Source of the DNA: Somniosus microcephalus
Lineage: Eukaryota
DNA length: 64,000 nt
NCBI GenBank assembly: GCA_052327205.1
Contig: CM126220.1
Coordinates: 24,986,001 to 25,050,000, forward strand
Direction of reading: 5' to 3'
Part shown: piece by piece, positions 24,001 to 36,100 of the stretch
Numbering within the stretch: position 1 is the first letter of the stretch
Layout: each line of letters starts with the position of its first letter
Program-made: the position numbers and the translations under genes
Notes under the pieces: generated by a model
Told to the model about the DNA's origin: nothing
The model's input: the letters and a program-made list of their open reading frames with translations, nothing else
Database searches by the model: none

Positions 24001-27000
24001 GCTTAACTAGAATTTGAATCCTCTTCTATAATTCTGCTGGTTGTTGTTAAATAAACCAGTAAAGGTGTTTTTTCTTCTGCTCCTTCATACTCTGGCCGTG
24101 CCGCCTCAGATTTACCACTACCTGCGGCGTAATCAGTTCCCCAGCAAATTGTGGCATCAATTTGCCACTGGAGGGTCAGGGAGCACAAGAGTCTAACATG
24201 TGGTGCCCATCATTAATATTGCCATTGCAGCAACTTTCGGCCCATTGTTGTATAAACTCTGAACCGATGTTGAGATTTCTTCTAGGTCAGGGTATGTGGG
24301 GGGGGGGGGGGGGGGGGGGCGGGAAAGAGAACAGAACTGACTCAAAGAACACCTGAATGCTTCCATTGCGAAGAAAAAGAAAACAAATATCTAATATTCT
24401 TTGTTAACTTGAAGTTGTCCATCACTTACTCTTGGAACGTCATCATCTTCATCATCATCACTTTCATCATCAGCTGCTGGTGGTGGATGAGCGTATGGGC
24501 CAGATATCAAAAAGCTTTCATAGCTCAATTCCACTTTGTAATGGCAAGAGGCGTCACTGTCGTATTCTGTCACAGAATAAGAGAGATGCCACATTAGGCA
24601 TGTTTCCTGCTCATCCCCCTACCAACAAGTGACCTCCCAAAGAACTTACGAATTTTTAAATCGCCAGTGCCACCCATGTTACCCCACTGAGTGTCATCAA
24701 TTAGGTAATCCCTCTCACCTTCAGCCCCTCTGGTCAAAACAACACTTTTCATCTATTTTATGGACACTACCAAGGTCACTGCTCCTCTAAAATGTTCTTT
24801 TCCTACTACAAATGCATTGCCCTCCAAGCTCTCCCCCCTCACTGCATCCTCAATGTATTCAAAACAAGGCTCATCTCACATCCTCTTACTCAAACTTATT
24901 CTTTCCCAGGACCTCAAAACTTGGGACACCTTATCTACCTTAGTCTTCCTTTTCTGCTACAATCAAGCTTTTAAAAACAAACAGGTCACAAACATTAATT
25001 CCCTAAGAAAAGAATTCACCCAGAACTACATCTGTGTCAAGGGGAACTGAACCATGACAGAAAACAAGCATTTTTAATCAAGTTCTGATTTAGTGACAGT
25101 CCTTTTAAGTCCAGTCACAATACATAAGAGTTTAAAAAACAATTGTAATTGAGGCCAACTACCCCAGCCCTAAATCAATATGAATGTTTAGGTTTTTGTC
25201 ATCATTTGAGTATAAGAGTAAAGACGTCTTACTGCAATTATATAGGGCCCTGGTGAGACCACACCTGGAGTATTGAGTAGTTTTGGTCTCCTTACCCAAG
25301 GATGGATATACTTACCATAGAGAGAATGCAATGAAGGTTCACCAGACTGGTTCCTGGGATGGGGGGGATTGAGTAGACTAGGCCTATATTCTCTAGGGTT
25401 TGGAAGAATGAGAGGTGATCTCATTGAAACATACAAAATTCTTACAGGGCTTGACAGGGTAGATGTTTCCCCTGGCTGGGGAGTCTAGAACCAGGGGTCA
25501 CAGTCTCAGAATAAGGGGTCGGCCATTTAGGACTGAGATGAGGAGAAATGTCTTCACTCAGAGGGTGGTGAATCTTTGGAATTCTCTACCCCAGAGGGCT
25601 GTGGAGGCTCAGTTGTTGAGTATATTCAAGACAGATCAACAGATTTTTGAATATTAAGGGAATCAAGGGATATTTCAGGAAAGTGGAGATGAGGTAGAAG
25701 ATCAGCCATGATCTCATTGAATGGCAGAGCAGGCTCGAAGGGCCAAATGGCCTACCCCTGCTCCTATTTCTTATGTTCCTATCTGCAAAGTTACAGGCTT
25801 GAGAGGAATCAAGCCACATAATTCAAACATAAACAATGCTGTGTGTTTGGTTCAGTTACATGTAGAACTGGCAGCTACTTTAAGTTTGAGCAGTCAGTTA
25901 TTTAAATCTAAGAATTCCCAGCAACTATTTTTAAGGATATTTAACTTCAATTATTCAAATCAGACAATTGCTTTGAAACCTTCAAGATTTCACAAAGACC
26001 AGTGGTCAGAAATACAAGAATGGAATTACTGTGTATATGAAAACATTAATTCTAATGATCAGTAATTTAGTATAGGGATTGCAAGTTTTTATTCTTTGCC
26101 TTTTGAGGAACTAGCTACAGGAAACTTTGGTTTATCTGGAGGTTGTATGTCCGGAATACTCGATCTAACGGCAAAAATCAGGAGCCGTTTTAAAGTTTTT
26201 TTTAGATCTCGTTCTTTTTTTTTTCCCCAGTCAGGCACTGCAAGGTCTGTAGCTATAGCAACAGCTTCAGCTAGAGACGCTTGCAGCTGCAGCCGACGCT
26301 TTAGAAGCTGTTGCTAAGCAACAGTGTTTGTTGTCAGATACGGAGATGAAAACCTCCGTATGCTTCAACATTAACTTTGTATGTCCGGCAGTTTTGATAG
26401 ATCGGCAACACGCTGGTCCCGTCGGTGCCGGATATCACAAAGTTTCCTGTAATATAATTTTGACTGTAAATATACATAATATTACTTTTATTTGTTTACC
26501 TGTTAAGAAAGAACTTGCATTTATATAGCACCTTTCATGACCTCAGGGCATTCCAAAGCGCTTTACAGCCAATGAAGTACTTTTGAAGTGTAGTCAGTGT
26601 AGTAATGTAAGAAATGCGGCAGCCAATTTGCGCACAGCTAGGTCCCACAAACAGCAATGTGATAATGACCAGATAATTTGTTTTCGTGATGTTAGTTGAA
26701 GGATAAATATTGGCCAGGACACTCACTTGATAGTCATAAAAGCATGAAAAAAGGTCCGATATAATGCCCTGTCACTCGGGAGCGGCACAGAATAATTTGG
26801 GTAACTAAAGTAATTAGAAAGTGGGTTTTCTGTATATTATCTTGGGCACATTATTAAAAACTTACCTAGATAGCTTACTTAGTCTCTAGGTCATAGGGAG
26901 TTGGGACTCACCTGTGTGAATAGATTAAAATAGTGAAGCCAAAAAATCTAGAGTAAAGAGGATAGAAAAGACCCAATAATGTAGCACGAACATGCAGTCA

Positions 27001-30000
27001 AATGTCTTTAAATGGGAATTGCTACTTACGCTGTTGTGCTGCAGCAGTTGCTGCAATTCGACAGGGTGGTCCATGGGACCCAGTATCTGACGCCACACTA
27101 GCACCGGCGTCATTATCGCTGTCAGAGGCCATGGCGAATGGCAAAGCCTCGAAGTTGGCACTGATTTCCTCAGCTAGGTCAACACATAGGTCGGCTGCAT
27201 TCCGGTGTGCCTGACCCTCTGCATAAGCAAAAGGATGACATCCAAAGTTTGCACGAACTTTGGTATTCTATTAAAAACAAGCAGATGGAAACAAGCATTT
27301 GAGAGTTCAAAAATTTGCTGAATATGATTAGAAATAACTAGAGCTAAAACAATGAAGAACAGATAGATTATTTGTCTCTTGATATGGGCTCATTTGGAAA
27401 AAAGTGTGGGTCCTCCACCATGGAATCCAGAGAGACTGACATCAGAATACCTCCAAATATGCGCTTCACTTTTAATTGTTCCATATTCTGAATTTAAAAG
27501 CAAGAAAAAAGACTTGCATTTATACAGCACCTTTCACGACCTCAGGATGTCTAAAGCACTTCACAGCCAATGAAGTACTTTTGAAGTGTAGCGAATGTTG
27601 CAGTGGAGTTCTGACGAAAGGCCACCGATCTGAAACTTTAACTCTTTCTCTCCCCACAGACGTTGCCTGACCTGCTGATTATTTCCAGCATTTTCTGTTT
27701 CTAATTGTAGTGGAGGAAACGCTGCAGCCAATTTGCACACAGCAAGGTCACACAAATAGCAATGTGATAATGACCAGAACATCTGTTTTTAGTGGTGAGG
27801 GACAAATATTGGCCAGGGCACAAGGGAGAACATTCCTGCTCTTCAAAATAGTGCCATGTGATCTTTTACGTTTACCCGAGGGGGCAGGTTTAGCATCTCC
27901 TCCAAAAGACGGGACCTCTGAAAGCGCAGCATTCCCTCAGTAAGGGATCACTACTTGCATTTATCTTAACAAACATGACTTGTACATAAACGGTGCATTA
28001 CAAGATCAGCACATCTCTTACACGTGCCATATCCACCACAGTTGTTGTACTCACTATCTCTTCAAACCAGCAACAATCATCTTTGAAGAAAAAGTAAAAA
28101 ATATCTTTGCACTGGTTTAAAATATTAATACTGTTCCACAAAAATATTAAAATCTTTTTTGGTAAGGTAATCAACAAAGGCCCAGTGAAGACAATGAAAA
28201 TAAATGAAAGCACAATATCGCCTTCACAAATCTCTACAGCAAAAGGATCAGATAGTTGTAGCCGTGCAGTTTTTAAGGACAGTTGTAAGCTATTCAAGTG
28301 ATTACATTGCTGTGGCTGCAGTGTGTACCATCTACAAGATGCACTGCAGCAACTCGCCAAGGCTTCTTCGGTAGCACTTCCCAAACCCGCGACCTCTTCC
28401 ACCTAGAAGGACAAGGGCATCAGGTGCATGGGAACATCACCACCTCCAAGTTCCCCATCAAGTCTCACACCATCCTGACTGAGAGGTATATCGCCGATCC
28501 TTCTTCGTCGCTGGGTCAAAATCCTGGAACTCCCTCCCTAACAGCACTGTAGGAGTACCTTCACCACACGGACTGCAGCGGTTCAAGGCGGCGGCTCACC
28601 ACCACCTTCTCAAGGGCAATTAGGGATGGGCAATAAATGCTGGCCTTGCCAGCGATGCCTAGATCCCATGAACAAATTTAAAAAAACATATCACAGCAGG
28701 TCTATGACACAGAACAGTCAGTATTAATGGACAGCCCCTGACCAAGTCTCTTACAAATGAAATCTGAGCGCTTGTTGCTTGTGACACTGATCTGCCAAAT
28801 ATCTTCAGGTCAGGCAAAGGCTTTGCTGGACACATGGACATTGCCTCATTAAGATTAAACAGAGATGGAATTCTTCATCTGTCTTGCAAGTGCTCTTCAA
28901 CTGCAAGATAGATGAGCAGTAAGGGAGATTCTCTAGACCTCAGCAAAATTAAATGGACAACAGTGGCTTGGTTAGTCCTATGGCTTCAAAATAGGTTACG
29001 GCAACCTTAACACCTTCAATAGGGTGTGTCCACAATACTAACTTTCAACATGCACCAATTATACATAAAAATTTCTCTGAACAATTCAGTCTAATATAAC
29101 AAGCGCCCACTATTAAAAACTGCCAGAATGACAGACTAATTGTCATTTGTACCCTGTGCAGATGCTGTGTACTTCACGTTACGGGTGAGCTGCTACTTCA
29201 TGCTGCTTTTGCTGCAGACTGCAACTCCAATATTCCTGAATGTTTATATGGTTGGAAGAATCAGCTGGTAGTTCAATTTCCATAAAACCATGTGGTAGAG
29301 TAACAAGATCATGTTTTGGGCCATTAGAGATTCAAGGTGAAATACATTTTGCCGATCTCAGTCCACCTTCAATAGAGGAGTAAACACGACGAACCTTCAA
29401 CTCACCAGCTGGCTTAGGCGCCGCAAATGATCAACCTAAAAACAAGTGATAAGTGAAACAAAAAAATTACCTTTTTCTGAATGTGAACAACTGGCCACAT
29501 TCCACCAGACACATCCTCTAAGAAAGGGCCCAGTCGCTGTCCGCAATATGTAAAATACACCTTGCCCTTTGATGGCTGCCCCGGTGGTGGAGGGGTTCCG
29601 TCACTTCTCTCCCAACCAATACCCGCTACATCACCTAGAGCAGGAGGAAAAGACGACAAGCTTGAAAAAATATATACTGTGCAACTGTTTTCATCAATGC
29701 ATTTAATGGTCTTTAATAAAAAGTGAAGATGGTTGCAGCTCCACTTATGACGGAGTCAGTTTAACTGGTGAAAAACCATCACAGACCAGGTGGTTTTCTG
29801 ATCCTATCTACAGCTAACTGTTCCTATATCAGTGCAGCAAAACAGCCATGATTTCCACTCCTGATTGTCTAGATATGTATGATAGAAAGTGCCCATGTAT
29901 TCACACTAGCTGAGAAAGTGATTGCACTTGACTTTGATGCTCTATGCAGCTGAATAGCCTGGAAACACTAGTGTTCCAAGCTCGCAAATGAAGAATGACC

Positions 30001-30114
30001 ACTTGGGTATGGTACCAAAGAGCTGCTAGCAGCTGCAAGATCACCACCCAGCAAATCAATGTCTTCACAAGAGAAGGGTTAAAAAAAGAAATGGGAAAAC
30101 CAACAAAAAATGCC

Positions 30115-30166
<52 letters not shown>

Positions 30167-33100
30167 AAATAATAAAAAAACTAGTTACAACAAAACATGG
30201 GTCTAATTAACTGTTCTGAATGTTTTGAGGACTTTCGCCTAGATGTAATAAACATGCAGTACGAGGTGTGGGAATTGAGGGAAGGAAGTTTAAAACTGGA
30301 AATTAATATGGGTCTGATTGCTTCCTTGGAGATGGGTCAGCCTGGAAGTGCAGATGCAAACAATCTCTCCATCCCGCTGACTCTGCAACAGTACCATTCT
30401 TGACTGGTTGTTTGTATCGGTGTGATTTAAGAGTGACCCAAGGGTTATGACAGGAATACTGAAGATAGGACTTCAACATTAACATTAGTTACCAATGAAA
30501 GGATTATTTAAAAAATGTTCTCTCCATGTAATCCACAAAAAGCCCACCCTGCCCAAAATTAAATACAGTCCAACCCACTTACATCGATATTTCAGGGGCC
30601 ATTCCAATTTTGTCGACATAAGTAGTTTGTTGACATGAGCAGTTCCCTTCGCAGTGACGTGAAACTGACCAGGCAGTTTGCGGTTACAGGTTGAGTGCCA
30701 GGAAATCGCACTGGAAGATCAGGAAAGTGGCGATAATAATTTGAAAAGCTAACAAGGCTTTAATAAATCAAAATCAGACTTCTTCATTTTTTGCTAATTG
30801 ATTTTTTGGAGGGAGAGAGTTCGCTTAGTAGCACTTTCAGGAGTCAATCAACCTGCACACCAGAGGATGAAAGAGTTTGCCAGTCCAGGCTAGGCATTGA
30901 ACTTCTCACTGGGGGATGAAGGTCCAGGTTAACGTAAGCGGTTTGCGACATAAGCTTTTAATGCTGTTCGGGACTTTAAAAAAAAAAAAAATGTCGACTT
31001 AAACGGGCCAGAGTTCATGTTGACTTCAACATAAAGAGCAAGTTTTTTGTTTAAATGTGCCAGAAGGGACTGGGACTTGACTTTGTTGTTGACATGAATG
31101 GGCTCGGAATAAGTGGGTAGGACTGTATATATAAATTTCTAGATAAGTAATTTTTGGGTTGTTTTTGGTTCCACTCTGACAGTTAAATGAATTAACAATT
31201 TATTGGTCTAGTAAATTTCAGGATGATAATATGTGCTTACAGTGTACTCTTGGGTAATAGAACAATAATTTGCATTTTTAATAGCGCCTTTAATATAGTA
31301 AAACGTCCCAAAGCGCTTCACTGAAGCGAGCACCAAACAAAATTTGACATCGAGTCACATAAGGTTATATTAGGACAAGTGACCAAAAGCTTGGCAAGAG
31401 AGGTAGACTTTAAGGAGCGTCTTAAAGGAGGAGAGCGCACTAGAGAGGTGAAGAGGTTTAGGTAGGGAATTTCAAAGATTAGGACCAAGGCAACTGAAGG
31501 TACAGCCACCAATGGTGGAGCGATGAAAATCAGGGATGCGCAAGAGGCCAGAATTAGAGGACTGCAGAGATTTCGGAGAAAAGTAGGGTAGGAGGTTACA
31601 GATATAGGGAGGGGTGAGGCTATGGGTGGATTTGAAAACAAAGATGAGAATTTTAAAATAGAGGCGTTGCCGGACCAGGTGCCAATGTAGATCAGCGAGC
31701 GCAGGGGTGATGGACGAACGGGACTTGGTGAGAGTTAGGATACGAGCAGCAGAGATGAGCTTAAGTTTACGGAGGGTGCAAGTTGGAAGGATGGACAGGA
31801 GGGAATTAGAATAGTCAAGTCCAGACTTAAAGGCATGGATGAGGGTTTCAGCAGCAGATGAGCTGAGGCAGGGGCGGAGAGGGGCAATGTTACGGAGGTT
31901 GAAGTAGGCGCTCTTGGTGATGGAGAGGATATGGGGTCAGAAGTTCATCTCAGGGTCAAATAGGACGCCAAGGTTGCGAACAGTCTGGTTCGGCCTCCAA
32001 GAGTGGCCAGGGAGAGTGATGGGAGTCGGTGGCTAGGGAACGGAGTTTGTGGCGGGGGCCTAAGACAATGGCGACGGTCTTCCCAATATTTAATTGGACG
32101 AAATTTCTGCTCATCCAATGTCAAACAGGAGCATGACAAATCAGAGGCAGTGGAGGGGTCGAGAGAGGTAGTGGTAAAGTAGAGCTGGGTGTCATCAGCG
32201 TCTATGTGGAACCTGACATTGTGTTTTCGGATGATGTCGCCAAGGGGCAGCACATAGATGAGAAATAGGAAGGGGCCAAGGATAGATCTTTGGGTGACTC
32301 CAGAGATAACTGCGGGGGAGCAGGAAGAGAAGCCATTGTAGGAGATTCTCTGGCTACGACTGGGTAGATAGGAATGGAACCAGGCGAGGGCAGTCCCACC
32401 CAGCTGAACGGAGCTGAGGATTTAGATCATCTCAGAAATCATAACAGCAAAAGTCATAAAAGGTTTAAGATCATTATCTGGATAACAGAATTGTAACTTT
32501 TGATGGGGTTGAGCTGCCATTATAAAAGCAAAACTCAAGTGGCTTATTAAGATTTGCAGACTGCAATTCATTAGCATATTGAAGCAACCACTTGTTTTTT
32601 TTAAAAAATACTTAAGTTATAAAATTTTACTGGGGAGGGGCTGAGGTGAAGAACTTGCAAACATAGCAATGTACAGAAGCTGAGGGAAAATAAATTAAAT
32701 CCTGAGTGATATGACAGAATATGACAAACATAAGCGATTCTGAAATTTTGAAATATATTACACTAACAGCTGTAATTTAAAGTTAAACAATCCACACAAA
32801 ACTGTTGCCGTTTACCAGGTGACAGGGTGACATCTAATCGCACACTCTTCCACTGCAGCAGACTGGATCCATTGTAATGCACTGCTCTCCCATTACTGCA
32901 GAGAGAAAAAGAAATACACTGAGAGCTGCATCTTTTGCTGTCCTACGAGCATCAGTTCTGCCTATTTGTCTTGCTAAAGTGCAATACAGGAGTACAGCAC
33001 AATGATGTGCCAATGCACTGACTCAACCCACAGAAATAAAGCAGATACGGCCCCAAGATTCTCCGATGTGACAAGTTCAGGATGTCAGCCACAGCTTTGG

Positions 33101-36100
33101 GAGAAAGCATCAAGCGGAAGCCAGGTTCATTTTTCCCCCCAATGCATCAGTGAATCACCATCACGCCACTTCTTCATTCTTTCCAGCAGCTGGCTTGAGG
33201 GGTTTGTCGATAAATGCCAATGAATAGGTCAACTACCCAGCTTAGCCTAACAGGAAAGAGAATGTGGCATGGACGGGGCAAGGGGGTTGAAAGGAAGACT
33301 GAAAGAGGAACACTGAAAACTGATGAGATGCTCTATCAAAATAGAAATTTTAGCACAGGAGGAAAATGTTTGACCCATCTCTGGTTAGGGAAGGGCTTTT
33401 ACAAAATCCAAATTTCCTGCTCTCTTCCAAAGCTAATCCCATTTTCCTGCATTCACCCCATACTTTTTTATATTCTTTCAGTAATCATCCAGTACCTTTT
33501 TGAGTGTTCTAATCAATTTAGCACTGATCACCACTTGTGGCAAAGCGCTGCACATTCCATAACTCTTCATATGAAAACTGCTTCTTCTAACCCTTTATAT
33601 AGCTAGTGCTTACCTTGAGACCATAGCCAACGGTCTTCAATTTACCTACCAATGGAAATAATGTACGTCTAACGTTAAACAAAACTTACATAAAAATGGC
33701 CCATTTGTTTCGAAGTCACTGGCGATGGCCTAATCTTTGTGACAAATGAAGACCATGCTTATCCTTATGGGATGAGAAGCAAAACTAAATTGCAGTTAAA
33801 GCACCCCCTCCTTGGTTTCTGAACACTAGCTGTAAGCTGGCACATTATAGGCACATACTTGTGGAAGAGGCAGGTTCCAACTGGATTTGTCCAAGCTCCA
33901 TCCCTTTTTTCAGCTTCTGTAGCGAATCCGAAAGACACTATGGGGCCACTATCATCATCCGTGTCTCCATAGGAAACAATCTCTAACTCCCAATAAAATG
34001 ATGGAGCCTTAGAAGAACACAAACAGCATCAACCATAAGTATCTGACCACTTAACAGTATTTAAGTTAAGTAGGGAGAAATGCATACTGTAAACACATTT
34101 TTTTTAATATAAAAAGGTGGTAACATGAATATATACTTGAAAATGTGGCACTTAAAACCAAAACACTTCACTGTTAATTACAACATAACATGTAAAAGTA
34201 TTTTAAAAGTGAAATCATATAGTGTCCTATAGACAGTTTATACAGTTCAATTACTCATCTACAGGAAACTTTGGTTTATCCAGAGGTTGTATGGCCGGAA
34301 ACCTCCATCTAACGGCAGAAATCAGCAGCCGTTTTGTTAGGTTTTTTCTTTTTTTTTCTTCTCCTAGCATTTTTTTTTTCAACAGTCAGTCTCTGGAAAG
34401 CCTCTCTGAAGCTGTTGCTAAGCTACAGAGACGCTTCCAAGGTACGGGTCGACTGTTTACTAGCTGTTGCTAAGCAACAGTGTTTGTTGTCAGATACAGA
34501 GATGAAAACCTCCATATCCTTCAACATTAGTGCTGGTCTGTCCGGAAGTTTTCATAGATCGGCATCACGCCGGTCCCGAATATCGCGAAGTTTCCTGTAT
34601 ATACTAATATAAAAGAGCTTGAACATCTGAAGGACAAATGTAAAGAATGGTTTTAATTTAAGGAAACAACTTTACTTTTCCTTTAGGTCTCAGATTCCTT
34701 AAGAATAGATGCTTTGAATGTCTTACAATAAGGTACATTTAAGTCATCTTTTCCGGTGTGCCAGCCTTTGGAGGAATAATACGAAGATGACAGGTGGGTG
34801 CCTGACTAGTTCAGTGCATGGATGGCAGGAGCAGTTAGCTTGCCTGGCTGCCAGCAGACTGTGACTGACTACAAAGTTTTCAAAATATGGGGAATGGTAC
34901 CAGTTTGCAGAGAAACTTGGAGCAAATTCCCAAGTGGGGACCACTTGCCTTGTCACCAGAACAGCACAGGTTCCAAGTCTTGTGGATGCCTGAAATAACA
35001 GAAAATGCTAGTAGCTCACAGCAGGTCAGTCAACATCTGAAAAAGAAAGGTTAACATTCAGGTGGGACTTGTCATCGGAACAGAGCTTGAGTTCTGACAA
35101 GGGCCACACCCAATATATTAAACGGTCTTTCTCTTTTAGAAGCTGATTGGCCTGTAATAAATGTACAGCACTTGGGTTTTTATTCCATTCATTTTTCTTC
35201 ACTCTTCCCAGGCTGCCTATTCAAAGTCACTTGCCCCAGGCAAGTCAACAGCTTTCAGCCATCTCATTCATTTTCTCCTCCCCCCATTCAAGTAATTGGA
35301 CAATAAAACTTTTGTCAGCTTGCTCATTCATCAGAGCAAGAATTGTTTTGTAGTTACTGCAACAGAATTTATGATGTGATTCTTGGGTCTCTTTTGTTCG
35401 CTTGCCGCCAGACTCCTACCTGCACAGGTATCTGTGATGTGGCGTAGATGAATGTCCCACGAGGCAAGCCCCCTCCTGCACTTGGATCAGCTAGGAATGT
35501 CACAGCAGTAAGATGGGAGGAAAACATGCATGCTCGCACCGGAGGGAAGACTCGAGAGGGGCACCAGGTAATTTCTTTTGGCTGGAAGAAGGAAGAAAGG
35601 GAGAGCAACTTTTAATTTAAAATCTCCTTCAAAACAACTTACTTTTAAAAAACAAAAATGATGCAGTTCCTTTAACCCTAAATGATGCCCATGCAAGCAA
35701 TTTTGAACACCCAAATTGGATGAAGTTATAAAGTATATTTAAGATTAGGCTACGCTCCCCAAATGGCCTTGAGTGAAAGCATCATCTGGTATTGTACAGA
35801 GCAATATAGATTGCAAGGTCCTGACTCCCGAGTTCAATTCTACATCTATAATGAGCTAGCTAATCTCAGCAAGATCAATTGGCTTTGTGGTTCCTTGGCT
35901 CAGGATGGGGAGGTAAAAAAAGAAAGAAAAATTAGTAAAATTCCTTCTCCTGACCATTATCCAGTGACCCTTAATAACAACAGAAAATGCTGGAAAAACT
36001 CAGGTCAGGCAACATCCGTGGAGAGAAATGTGAGTTGACGTTTCGGGTCGAAACCCTTCTTCAAAACTGGAAAGAAAATAAAATAGATCAAAGGCAAGAC

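Noticed and set aside
23255-24243. Possible old DNA transposon (mildly CpG-rich, weak GG.C.GAAA.TT termini) and 149-aa ORF
   Set aside because: Terminal repeats too weak to define, no TSD, and no recognisable protein.
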